Positions 9,645 through 19,827 of a stretch of 64,000 nucleotides of DNA are shown in pieces. Source of the stretch: an uncultured Actinomycetota bacterium (lineage in GTDB: Bacteria; Actinomycetota; Actinomycetes; JACCUZ01); assembly GCA_963771345.1 (NCBI GenBank), contig CAVYTH010000009.1, positions 257 through 64,256 on the forward strand. The letters are read 5' to 3'. Below the pieces are notes generated by a model. That model was not told the DNA's origin. It worked only from the letters and a program-made list of their open reading frames with translations, and did no database searches. Made by a program: the position numbers and the translations under genes. Positions within the stretch are counted from its first letter, which is position 1, and every line of letters begins with the position of its first letter.

Positions 9645-11031
9645 AGCCCGGCGGGGCCGGCGAGCAGCGCTCGCGGGTCGTCGCCCGCATCTGCTCGACG
9701 ACCCAGGCGTACGCCGGGTCGGCGACCCGGTTCTGGGTCTCGTAGTAGTCGAGCCGTGGTCGTAGAGCTCCTCGACCCCGCCTGCCCAGTGCACGAACAG
9801 GTACCGGTCGGACCGCAGCCCGCAGTACGCCGGGTGCGGCACCGAGCCGTCCATCGGCCGCCACTGCCGGCCCTCGAGCAGCAGCTCGGTGCGCTCGACG
9901 GTCCCCGAAGAGGTTGAGCCCGCTCGTCTTCATCGTCGCGCCGGTGGCGCGCGCGATCGTCGTCGTCACGTCGATGTTGGCCACCAGCCGGTCGTCGACG
10001 AAGTTGGCGGGGGCGTGGCCGTCCCACCGGATGATGAGCGGCACGTCGGTGGCGAAGCGGTAGGGCATGTTCTTGCCGACCGTGTGGTGGTCGCCGATCA
10101 TCAGCCCGTTGTCGCTCATGAAGACCAGCAGCGTGTTGTCCAACCGTCCGGTCTGCCGCAGCGCGCGCAGGATCCCCGCCACGGCCTCGTCGACCGCGAG
10201 CAGCTGCTCCTGCTGGCGGGTCCGGATGCGGTCGATCCTCTTCTGGTCGACCCGCGGACGAGTGCTGAGGAACGACGGCTTGTCGCTCGCGTCGTCCGTC
10301 ACGGACGGCGGGTGGTACGACGGCACCTTGTGCGCCAGCGTGTAGAGGTGCCGCCGGGCCGGCCGGTAGGGCTTGTGCGGCGCGTACGGCGTGAACATCA
10401 GGAACAGCGGCTTGTCGTCATCGGTCCGGCGCACGAACCGTGCGGCTCGCGCGCCGAGCACGTCGGTCGAGTAGTCCTTCGACGCCCACCGGTGCCGGCT
10501 GCCGTCGGTCAGGCGATAGTCGTAGTAGCTGCCGGTTGCCGTCGCGAACGTCAGGAACGTGTCCCAGCCGGGCGGGACGTGGCCGGACCGGAACCCGAGC
10601 TCGTTCTGCGCATAGCCGTTGGCGTACTTGCCGAACAGGCCGGTCCGGTAGCCGCGGTCGTGCAGGGCCTTGGCCAGCGTCCGGTTCTCGTTGCCGTTGT
10701 CGTGGAACGCCCGCCACCCGCCGTGCGGCGGCGTGTTGCCCCAGACACCGGTCTCGTGCGCGAACAGCCCGGTCGCCAACGACGACCGCGACGGGCAGCA
10801 GGTCGCCGTCGGGGTGACGGTCCGGGGGTACCGAACGCCCTGTGCCCGCAGCTGCTTGCGCACCGTCGGCATCCGGCTGATGGTGTCCGGCCGCTGGTCG
10901 TCGGTGAGGATCAGGACGACGTCGGGCGGTCGTGCGCGCTCGCCCGACCGCACCACCGGCCCGTCGACCGAGACCTGAGGCGTGAGGAGCAGGACGGGCA
11001 CCTCTGCGCCGCCGTCCGCCGCTCTGGACAC
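9619..11031 (-). CDS. Second Cys-type sulfatase (paralog), paired frameshifts ~9760-9900
   Basis: 'VVLILTDDQRPDT...PTATCCPSRSSLATGLFAHET'. The C-terminal block 'VPHPAYCGLRSDRYLFVHWAGGVEELYD' is in another frame, then returns for '...PPGFSWPEPVG*'. The 3' end overlaps ppk2 convergently. Confidence 0.8.
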   Translation of the reverse strand: MSRAADGGAEVPVLLLTPQVSVDGPVVRSGERARPPDVVLILTDDQRPDTISRMPTVRKQLRAQGVRYPRTVTPTATCCPSRSSLATGLFAHETGVWGNTPPHGGWRAFHDNGNENRTLAKALHDRGYRTGLFGKYANGYAQNELGFRSGHVPPGWDTFLTFATATGSYYDYRLTDGSRHRWASKDYSTDVLGARAARFVRRTDDDKPLFLMFTPYAPHKPYRPARRHLYTLAHKVPSYHPPSVTDDASDKPSFLSTRPRVDQKRIDRIRTRQQEQLLAVDEAVAGILRALRQTGRLDNTLLVFMSDNGLMIGDHHTVGKNMPYRFATDVPLIIRWDGHAPANFVDDRLVANIDVTTTIARATGATMKTSGLNLFGDRRAHRAAARGPAVAADGRLGAAPGVLRAAVRPVPVRALGRRGRGALRPRLDYYETQNRVADPAYAWVVEQMRATTRERCSPAPPGFSWPEPVG

Positions 11032-11206
11032 CGACGACTACGCCTGCACAGAGACTGACTGCCAAGGCCCAACGAAGCCGCCTGCCCATCGCTCCCCCAT
11101 GCCGCAACACCCGTTTCCGGGCAGGCCGAAGACGCAGTCCCCGCAGAACGCGGGCATCTCGTCGGATTGCAGCAAGGACGCGAGTGGGGGGCCTGCGGTT
11201 CGCAGG

Positions 11207-11645
11207 TCAGCCCTCGTCGTCCTCCTCGATCACATGCACGGCTGCCTCTTCGGCCCCGGCTGCGCCACCGTCGATGCCGACGTCGGAGGCGACGGCGTCG
11301 GACTCCTCGTCGACGTGCGCTCCCTCGTCAGGGGCGACGAGGCGACCGGACCGGGCGGTCGGCCGTGTGGTCGTCGTCGCGCGGGCTGTCCTCGTCGGTC
11401 CACTCGTCGTCCGTGGCGGCTTCCGGCTCCTCCTCGGCGAGCAGCTGGTCCAGGCTCTCGCCCCGCCGCTCCTCCTCGGCCGTGGTGCCGAACCGGGTCG
11501 CCCCCCGGTAGCCCTCACCGGCGTCGATCCCGGTGTCCAGGACGTCGGCCGTGAGGTCGTCGCCGTCGAGGGAGTCGGACGGCTCGAGGACCCCGTCGTC
11601 CTCGGCCGGCTCGTCGCCGTACGACGTGTCCGGCTGGTCGGTCAT
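11207..11645 (-). CDS. Acidic DUF5709-like protein, frameshift ~11350
   Basis: 'MTDQPDTSYGDEPAEDDGVLEPSDSLDGDDL...GEGYRGATRFGTTAEEERRGESLDQLL'. The C-terminus 'LVAPDEGAHVDEESD...VIEEDDEG*' continues in a second frame. Confidence 0.45.
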
Positions 11646-11737
11646 GCCTGCTCACCACTTCCGCTCGAGACTCGGGACCCGGGTCGGCACCAGTCAACAC
11701 CGGCGGTGCTCGACGGTCGCGCGGCTAGGGTCGCGAC

Positions 11738-12598
11738 GTGGGCATGTTGAAGTCCGTCGGCGTGGTGCTGCATCCCTCCCGGGCACCGGAGCAGGCGATC
11801 GCCGTCCTGATGGACTGGGCCGCCGGTCACGAGCTGCCGGTCCTCGGCCTGGTCGAGGAGGTCGGCCGGATCGACTGCGCGGCCCTGCCGGTCGCGGACT
11901 CCGAGCTGGCGCAGCGGTCGTCGCTGCTGGTGTCGCTGGGCGGCGACGGCACGATGCTGCGGACCATGCGACTCGCGCACCGGGCTCGAACGCCGGTGCT
12001 CGGGGTGAACAACGGCCGCCTGGGCTTCCTGGCCGAGGTCGACCTGGACGACCTGCCCGGCGCGCTGTCGGCCATCGACAGACGTGACTTCACGTTCGAG
12101 GCCCGCGCCAGCGTCACCTGCCGGCTCGCCGACCGGGAGACGGTGGCGTACAACGACGTCGCTCTGGTCCGGATCCCCGGTGACGGCGTCGCCGCGGTCG
12201 AGGTCGTCGTCGACGACGAGCCGTTCGTGCGGTACGCCGCGGACGCGGTGGTCGTCGCGACCCCGACCGGGTCCACGGCGTACAGCTTCTCGGCCGGCGG
12301 CCCGGTGGTCTCGCCGAGGGTCGAGGGACTGCTGGTGATCCCCGCCGCCCCGCACTCGGTGTTCAACCGGGCCCTGATGCTGCACCACGACGAGAAGCTG
12401 GTTCTCCGCGTGCTCGGGTCCAGCGGCCGGCTCGCCGTCGAGGTCGACGGCGAGGTGGCCGGGCACGTCGGGCCGGGCGACGAGATCCCGTTCCACGTCG
12501 ACGCCACGGCCGGGAAGGTGGTCCGGCTCGGCCGGACCACCTTCTACGAGCGGGCCCGCCGGAAGCTGCAGGTCTCCGGCAGCGCCGAGGCCTTCTGA
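11738..12598 (+). CDS. nadK: NAD kinase
   Basis: 'LLVSLGGDGTMLRT' is the GGDG motif, plus 'NNGRLGFL' and 'VVVATPTGSTAYSFSAGGP'. Intact. Confidence 0.9.
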   Translation: MGMLKSVGVVLHPSRAPEQAIAVLMDWAAGHELPVLGLVEEVGRIDCAALPVADSELAQRSSLLVSLGGDGTMLRTMRLAHRARTPVLGVNNGRLGFLAEVDLDDLPGALSAIDRRDFTFEARASVTCRLADRETVAYNDVALVRIPGDGVAAVEVVVDDEPFVRYAADAVVVATPTGSTAYSFSAGGPVVSPRVEGLLVIPAAPHSVFNRALMLHHDEKLVLRVLGSSGRLAVEVDGEVAGHVGPGDEIPFHVDATAGKVVRLGRTTFYERARRKLQVSGSAEAF

Positions 12599-12628
12599 GC
12601 ATCGCTCCTCGGCAGCCCTACGGCGCGG

Positions 12629-14003
12629 TCACCGCCCAGGTGCCCTCGGACCAGAAGACCATTCGGTGCCCGCGGCCGCCAGCCGGAGCATCTCGGCGCG
12701 GTCGCTGATCTTCGCGCGGGCCCGGCCCTGCGCCTCGCCGCGGCGCGCCTCGGCCCGGGCGATCGCCAGCCAGCCGTCCCAGGTGACGACCTGGACGCCA
12801 CGGTCCGCGAGCAGCTGGGGCAGCGCGTCGGGGTCGCGGACCGGAGCAGGTGTCAGGGACGGTACGTCGGCCAGCAGGGTGCGGACCGTCTCGCGGGCGT
12901 CGTGCTTGTTGGTGCCGATGACCCCGGTCGGCCCGCGTTTCGCCCAGCCGGCGACGTAGGTGCCCACCTCCGGGACGCCGCCGCGATGCACCCGTCCCGC
13001 CTCGTGCGGCACGACTCCCGCCGCGTCGTCGAACGGCAGCCCGGGAACCGGCAGGCTGCGGTAGCCGACCGCCCGGACCACCAGCTGGGCCGGGAGCTCC
13101 TGCTCCTGCCCGGTGCCGGCCAACGTGCCGTCCGGCGCGAAGCGGGTGCGCTCGATGCGCACGCCGGCGACCCGGTCGTCGCCGGTGATCGCCACCGGAC
13201 GGCTGAAGAAGTGCAGGTGCACGCGGCGGGACCGCCCGGCCGGCGCCTGCCCGGCCCAGCGCCGCAGGACGTCGAGGTTGCGCCGGGCCGCAGCAGAGGA
13301 CTGCAGGTCGGCCTCGCTGCACGTCGTCCGGCTCGAGGTCCGCCGGGTCGACGACGACGTCGGCATCGGCAAGCTCGCCCAGCTCGCGCAGCTCACGGGT
13401 CGTGAACCGGGCCTGGGCCGGCCCGCGCCGGGCGACCAGGTGCACCTCCTCGACCTGGCTCTCGGCGAAGGCGGCCAGCACGTGGTCGGGCACGTCGGTC
13501 GCGGCGAGCTCGGCCGGCGTACGGGCCAGCATCCGGGCCACGTCGCCGGCGACGTTTCCCGCCCCGACCACGACGGCCTGCCGGGCGTCCAGCCGGAACG
13601 CGTCGGGCGGCGTGTCCGGGCTGCCGGCGTACCAGGCGACAAAGGACGTCGCCGACACGCTGCCGGTGAGCTCCTCCCCCGGGATCGACAACCGGCGGTC
13701 GACGGCCGCGCCGGTGGCGACCAGGACCGCGTCGTAGTGGTCGCGCAGCTCGGCCACCGTCAGGTCGGTGCCGACCCGGACGTTGCCGAGGAACCGCACC
13801 TGCGGCTGCTCGAGGACGGCTGCCAGGGTGCCGGCGATGGACTGGGTGACCGGGTGGTCGGGGGCTACGCCGTACCGGACCAGCCCGAACGGCGTCGGGA
13901 GGCTGTCGAGGACGTCGACCCGGACGTCGCCGGCGTACCTCGTGAGCGCCTCGGCGGCGTACACCCCGGCCGGGCCCGAACCCACCACAGCGACGCTCAG
14001 CAC
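12629..14003 (-). CDS. fprA: Ferredoxin/adrenodoxin-type NADPH reductase FprA, 1-nt indel ~13290
   Basis: GTG start 'VLSVAVVGSGPAGVYAAEAL...VRYGVAPDHP'. The C-terminal 'ELPAQLVVRAVGYRSLPVPGLPFDD...WAKRGPTGVIGTNKHDA' is in a second frame. Matches the Mtb FprA layout. Confidence 0.8.
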
Positions 14004-14179
14004 CGCTCCACCCTGGCAGAACCGCTCGTACCGCCGCCTCAGGGCCCGAAGTGATCTTCGACATGGTGGATCAGACCCCCCTCCGGGCCTCAACCACCCG
14101 CGGAAACGCACCGATGCACTTCCAGACAGACAGGGGAGACCGGCCGGTGACCCAGCCCAGCACGTCCGCACGACCCGCG

Positions 14180-16446
14180 ATGGCAGAAACCGTCGCCTGG
14201 GTCTACTGCGCGCTGGGCGCTGCCATGGTGGTGGCGCTCGTCGCGCTGCGCGACACCGAGCTCGCGGCTGCCCCGGTGGCCGTGATGGGGCTCGGAGCGG
14301 CCATCGCTGCCGCCGTCGGCTCGGTGCGCAACCGGCCCCAGGTCGCCACCCCGTGGCGGCTGTTCTCGCTGGCCTGCATGGCCTTCATCGTGGGCGCCGT
14401 CCTGCGTCAGGTCCTCGCCGACAGCCCGATCAGCGCGCTGGCCGATGTCGCCACCCTGTCCGGCTACGCCGCCACCTTGTCCGCATTCATCTGCCTGCTC
14501 CGCTGCCGGCAGTCTTCCGATCGCGCCGTTCACGAGCTGGTGGACGGCGCCATCGTGTCTGGTAGCGGTCGAGCGCCGTGGCGCTCGCGACCCTCACCCT
14601 GCCCACCGCCCAGGAAGTGGGCATGTCGTGGTTCGCTGTGGTGCAGGGCGCCTACCCGGTCATCGACGCAGTGATGATCTTCGTGGCGATCCTGCTGTCC
14701 TGGACCTCGGCGAGCCGGGTGACCTCGTTCTGGCTGCTCGGCCTGTCCGTGACCTTCATCCTGATCGGGGACGTCGGCTACGCGCAGCATCGCCACCCAG
14801 GGCGAGACGGTCGGCTCCCCCCTGCTCGACCTCCCGTTCGTGGTCGCCTTCACCTTCTTCGGCGCGGCGGCCCTGCACCCCTCGATGCGCTCCCTGTCCG
14901 CCGTCCAGCAACGCCCGGTGCAGGCCTGGTCGCGGGGCCGGGTCGGCCTGCTGGTCGCCGATGCTGGTCGCGCCCGCGGTGATCGCGGTCGACTGACGAC
15001 GGGCAGGTCTCGACGTGGATCGGCGCGGTGGCCGGCGCGCTGGTGACCGTGCTGCTGCTGGTGCGGGCCGTCACCGCCGTGCAGGACCACGCCCATGCGC
15101 AGGAAGGCCTGCGCTACCAGGCCACTCACGACCCGCTCACCCGACTGGTGAACCGGCCCCGTCTGGTCCAGCTGGTCGACGAGCTGCTCCAGCGCGCCCA
15201 CGAGCGAAGGCGACCGGGTCGACGTGCTGTTCCTGGACCTCGACTCCTTCAAGCTCGTGAACGACACCTGGGGCCACCAGACGGGCGACCGGGTGCTGCG
15301 GCTGGCGGCCCAGCGGCTGCTGTCGGTCACCAGCCCGACCGACGTGGTCGCGCGGATCGGCGGCGACGAGTTCGCCGTGGCCCGGTACGTCGGCAAGGAC
15401 GGCATCGGCACCGGCGAGGATGCTCGCCGCCGACGTCATCGACGCGTTCCGCCAGCCGCTGCCCAGCGAGGACGCCCTGGTCACCACGGTCTCCATCGGG
15501 CTGTCCGGGTCGGGCCGGCACCCCGAGCCGGCCGGCCGGTCCAGCGCCGAGAGCCTGCTCCGCGACGCCGACACCGCGATGTACCGCGCCAAGGCTGCCG
15601 GCCGCAGCCGCTGCATGCCGTTCGACCCCTCGATGCACGACTCGGTGCGGCACCGGGTGGAGACCGAGCTGGCGCTGCGCTACGCGCTGGAGCGCGACGA
15701 GCTGCTGCTGCACTACCAGCCCATCGTCAACGTCCAGACCGGCGAGGTGGTGGGCGCCGAGGCGCTGCTGCGCTGGGCGCACCCGAGCCTCGGGCTGGTC
15801 TCACCGCTCGACTTCATCCCGATCGCCGAGGAGACCGGGCTCATCGTCGAGATCGGCGAGTGGGTCGTCTCCGAGGCGCTGCAGGAGGCCGCGAAGTGGC
15901 GCGCGCTGCGCACCGAGGTCGGCCTGCCGGACCTCTGGGTCTCGGTCAACGTCTCCGCCCGGCAGCTGCGTGACGACTCGCTGGTCGACCACGTCGAGGC
16001 CGAGCTGGCCCGCCACGGGGTGCCCGCCCGGATGCTCGTCCTGGAGATCACCGAGTCGGCGATGATGTCCGACCAGGACGTCGCGTCCTCGCTGCTGCAC
16101 CGGCTGCGCGACCTCGGCCTGACCCTGGCCGTCGACGACTTCGGCACCGGCTACTCGTCGCTCGGTCACCTGCGCCGCTTCCCGGTGTCCAAGGTGAAGA
16201 TCGACCGGACCTTCGTCGCGGGCATCGAGCACGACGCCGACGACGCCGAGATCGTCCGGGCCGTGGTCGCGATGTCCCTGGCGATGCGGCTGCGACGTCG
16301 TCGCCGAGGGCATCGAGACCGAGGGTCAGCGCGTCCTGCTGCAGCACGCTCGGCGTCCAGCTCGGACAGGGCTGGCACTTCGGCCGGCCGATGCCGGCCG
16401 ACGCGTGCGCCTTCGTGCTGCCTCAGCCCGCCCGCGTGAAGTCGTA
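14180..16446 (+). CDS. Membrane-anchored GGDEF-EAL (diguanylate cyclase / phosphodiesterase) protein, at least 6 frameshifts
   Basis: Multi-TM N-terminus ('MAETVAWVYCALGAAMVVALVAL', 'FAVVQGAYPVIDAVMIFVAILLSW'). GGDEF part 'ATHDPLTRLVNRPRL...VLFLDLDSFKLVNDTWGHQTGD...RIGGDEFAV'. EAL part 'ELLLHYQPIVNV...EALLRW...DDFGTGYSSLGHL...KIDRTF', ending 'QGWHFGRPMPAD'. Confidence 0.75.
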
Positions 16447-17003
16447 GCCCACGTAGGTCTGCGCGTCCAGGTCGGTCATCTCGACCGACGGGGCCCAGGT
16501 GGAGGCCAGCCAGCGGATCGCCCGCGGCAGGTGCAACCGGTCCTTGTTGTAGCGTGCAGACGTCGATGACGGCGAGTCCCTCGACCATCGAGACCGGCTC
16601 GGTCATGGCCCGCACCAGGTCGCCGAAGACGCCGGTGCCGTGGCTGTCCGGGTGCACCCCGAGGAAGCCGATGTAGTAGACGAGCCCGGCCGCGTAGCGC
16701 TCCGGCCAGCGGTGGGCGAAGTACTCCGGTGACACCAGCGGCATCGACTGCAGCTTGTTGGTCATCGTGCTCAGGCCCTGCAGGGAGCCGTCGGCGCCCC
16801 AGAGCAGGAACTTGTCGACGTCGGGGTCGGCCATCACGGCGTCGAACTCGTCGCGGTACATGACGTGCCGCTGGACGGCCAGGTACCGGAGCTCGTCGAA
16901 GGACTGGAAGTACAGCTGCCAGGCCTGCTCGCGGCAGCTCACCGTCGACGACGGTGCGGATCTCGACAGCGGTGGAGCGTTCGACGACGGTGGGAGTCTT
17001 CAC
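16441..17003 (-). CDS. Putative GNAT-family acyltransferase, 2 frameshifts
   Basis: GTG start 'VKTPTVVERSTAVEIRTVVDGE' continues into 'QAWQLYFQSFDELRY...YYIGFLGVHPDSHGTGVFGDLVRAM' (GNAT motif-A-like) and '...DAQTYVGYDFTRAG*'. Family assignment is tentative. Confidence 0.35.
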
Positions 17004-17210
17004 GATCGTGGGGGTGTCGACGACCGGGCGGGTCTTGACGACCGTGCAGGTCTCCCTTGACCGTGTGGCTCTCTACAACCGACATCTATGCGTCCTTTCG
17101 TCGAACCGGTGATCTTGGACGCGACGCTATGGACCGCTGTGTCCGGCCGTGGGGCACATTGCCAACCCATGGGGTCAAGATCACCCGTTCGGCCCATCAA
17201 GATCGAGTGG

Positions 17211-17878
17211 TCAGGCTTCCGACGGCGGGTCGACCACCTGGACGCGGACCGAGCGGAAGCGCGCCGGCGTCGTGTCGAGGACTGCGCGCCTGGGGTCCGG
17301 CACGTCGAGAAGCGGCGGAACCACCAGTGGTCGCAAGGCGGCCAGCCGCGGGTCGGCGAGCACGGCCTCGACGGACTTGCGGTCGCCGCCCAGCACGACG
17401 GCGTCCAACGACCGCGGCGACGGGAGCCAGCTGCGCGACCGCCACGTCGGCGGCCGCCGCGAGGGCGACCCGGACCTGTCCCTCCCGACGGCGGGCGAAC
17501 CGTTGCTGCGACCAGCCGCCGGCGGAGCTGCGGCCATGGACCTGCCGGCTGCCGACTTTCGACGACACCAGCCGGTCGCCGTCGAACACCCCGGCCGCGT
17601 GGCCGCCCAGGCGCACCAGCAGGACGCCCACCCGGCGCGGCCGCAGGACGTGGGCGGCCAGCCCACCGTCCGGCGGCAGCGTCGTCGACGACGAGCGGCG
17701 GGAACGGGACGGTCAGCCGCGCCACCGCCCCGTCGGCCGCCGTGACGACGACCTCCTCGGGGCCGGCAACGGTGACGACCTCGCCGTGCCGCTCGGCGAA
17801 CCGCTCCAGCCAGCCGGTGACTCGCTCCGCGCCGACGTCGACCCACCGGCCGCCCGCCACTTCCTGCCTCGCCACGAG
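17211..17878 (-). CDS. Putative acVLRF1 / Vms1-like peptidyl-tRNA hydrolase family protein, 2 frameshifts
   Basis: '...VFDGDRLVSSKVGSRQVHGRSSAGGWSQQRFARRREGQ...VLGGDRKSVEAVLADPRL...LLDVPDPRR' recalls the actinobacterial acVLRF1 family (G-S-Q-type release-factor motif followed by RF). Called from memory, not a search. Confidence 0.4.
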
Positions 17879-17920
17879 CCCATGCTCCCCTAGCCTCGTC
17901 GGCGAGGTGAGGAGGCGACC

Positions 17921-18343
17921 GTGGACGACGAGGTCAGCGAGCTGCGGCTGGTGGTCACGACCCCGGACTACGACGCCGCCCTGGCGTTCTACCGGGACAC
18001 CCTCGGACTGCGCGAGCAGGCGGCGTTCTCCTCCCCCGACGGCCGGGTCACGATCCTGGCCGCCGGCCGGGCCACCCTCGAGCTGACCGACCCCAGCAAC
18101 GCCGCGTTCATCGACGAGGTCGAGGTCGGCCGGCGCGTCGCGGGCCCGATCCGGGTGGCCTTCGAGGTCAGCGACACGGCAGCCATGACCGACCGGCTGG
18201 CCCGCGCCGGCGCACAGGTCGTGGCGCCACCGACCCGGACGCCCTGGTCGACCGTGAACGCCCGGCTGGACGGGCCGGGCGGGCTGCACCTCACCTTGTT
18301 CGGCGACCCGCCGGGCGAGCCCGAGCGCCGCGGCGAGGCCGAG
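17921..18343 (+). CDS. VOC / glyoxalase-family protein
   Basis: 'ELRLVVTTPDYDAALAFYRDTLGL...RVAFEVSDTAAMTDRL' has a VOC-like pattern. No stop before the next domain; see the GrpB entry. Confidence 0.55.
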
Positions 18344-18346
18344 ATC

Positions 18347-18995
18347 ATGGTCGGCCGGGTCGGCGCACCCGACCGGATCGATGCGCCGGTGCTGCTGGCC
18401 GAGGCCGACCCGTCCTGGCCAGACCTCGCCGCCTCGCTCATCGCTGACATCGAGGGCGTGCTCGGCGACGAGGTCCTGCTGCTCGAGCACGCCGGCTCGA
18501 CCTCGATCCCGGAGCTCGCCGCGAAGCCGGTCATCGACCTGGTGCTCGCCGCTGCGCGACCCCACCGACGAGGAGTCGTACGTCGGCGCGCTCGAGCAGC
18601 TCGGCTACCAGCTGCGGGTCCGGGAGCCGGAGTTCGACGAGCACCGGATGCTCAAGCTGACCGAGCCCTCGGTCAACCTGCACGTCTTCGGCCTCGGCTC
18701 CCGCGAGATCGACCGGATGCTCAGCTTCCGCGACCACCTGCGCGCCGACGCCGACGACCGCGAGCTCTACGAGCGCACCAAGCGCGGCCTGGCCCGGCAG
18801 ACCTGGGAGTTCGTGCAGCAGTACGCCGACGCGAAGTCGGCCGTGGTGGAGCAGATCGTCGCCCGGGCCGAGCGACGCGGCCCGACCTCGCTGCTCGGCA
18901 CCTACGTCGTCCGCGCAGACGACGCTGTCGCCGACCGGCGCCGAGCTCGCCGAGCAGCTCGGCGTGCCCTGCCTTGCGGTCGCGGCAGTGGCTGA
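18347..18995 (+). CDS. GrpB-family (UPF0157) protein, indel ~18550
   Basis: 'DAPVLLAEADPSWPD...LLLEHAGSTSIPELAAKPVIDLVLA' and '...DPTDEESYVGALEQLGYQLRVREPEFDEHRMLK...HVFGLGSREIDRMLSFRDHLRAD' have GrpB-like N- and C-halves in two frames. It is in frame with the upstream VOC ORF, so a fusion is possible. Confidence 0.55.
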
Positions 18996-19209
18996 GGCCG
19001 CGGCAGCCGCGCGGCTCGCCGCTGTCGACCGCCGCCGCGCAGGCGGTGACGCTCGCGATGGCCGCCGCGGCGCCGGCCGCCGTGATCGTCGGCCGGTGGG
19101 ACGACGACGTGCTCGCCGCCGCCCTGCCCGGGCGGCTGATCGACGTACCCGACCTGCCCGGTCCGGCGGACGTGGAACGGACGGCGCGCGCCGTCCGCCA
19201 GCTCGCGCG

Positions 19210-19797
19210 TCAGCGGCGGCGGTAGTGCAGGCCGAGCGCGCCGTCCGGCAGCGTCGTCGACGACACGAGGTCCCAGGCGCCGGACACGCCGTCCGGCAGC
19301 AGCCGCAGCCCACCGCCGAGGAGCACCGGTACGACGTCGAGCCGGATGTCGTCCACCAGGTCGGCGGCCAGCAGCGACTGGATCAGCGTTGCGCTGTTGA
19401 GCACCAGGATGTCGCGGCCGGGCTCGGCCTTCAGCGTCGCGACCGCTTCGCCGGCGTCCCGGAAGACCCGGGTGGTCTCCCAGGACGCCTCCGACTCCGG
19501 GAGGGTCGTCGACACGACGCCCTTCTCGACCGTGTTCAGCCAATGGCCGATGTCGCGGGTGCGCGGGTCGGTCGCCGGGTCCTCGGTGATGCCGGGCCAC
19601 ACGCTGTGGAACCCGACGTAGTTGGTGCGGCCCATCAGCGCCGTGCTGCAGCCGCGCCAGATGCCCTCGAAGTGCTCGAGCGTCTCGGGCCGCATCGCGT
19701 GCTCGTGCAGCCAGCTGTCGTGCTCGGGGCCACCGGGTCCGCTGGAGTAGCCGTCGAGGGAGATGGTGCACCAGGTCATTACTCGTCGTTCGCTCAT
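19210..19797 (-). CDS. Dihydrofolate-reductase-like (RibD C-terminal domain) family protein
   Basis: 'MTWCTISLDGY...TALMGRTNY...ILVLNSATLIQSLLAADLVDDIRLDVVPVLLGGG' is the YwjB/RibD_C pattern. Confidence 0.7.
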   Translation of the reverse strand: MSERRVMTWCTISLDGYSSGPGGPEHDSWLHEHAMRPETLEHFEGIWRGCSTALMGRTNYVGFHSVWPGITEDPATDPRTRDIGHWLNTVEKGVVSTTLPESEASWETTRVFRDAGEAVATLKAEPGRDILVLNSATLIQSLLAADLVDDIRLDVVPVLLGGGLRLLPDGVSGAWDLVSSTTLPDGALGLHYRRR

Positions 19798-19827
19798 GAC
19801 TGTTCCGACCCGCTCTGTCCCGAGAAC

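Noticed and set aside
17000-18565. 521-aa minus-strand ORF
   Set aside because: Most of it is antisense to the VOC/GrpB genes and is low complexity. Only the 17211-17878 portion, when read in shifting frames, gives a coherent acVLRF1-like protein.
19000-19225. Possible small ORF '...AVTLAMAAAAPAAVIVGRWDDDVLAAALPGRLIDVPDLPGPADVERTARAVRQLARQRRR*' downstream of GrpB
   Set aside because: Protein-like, but it is continuous with the 17921 read-through frame and has no start codon or RBS of its own. I could not decide between the true GrpB tail, a separate frameshifted gene, or noise.
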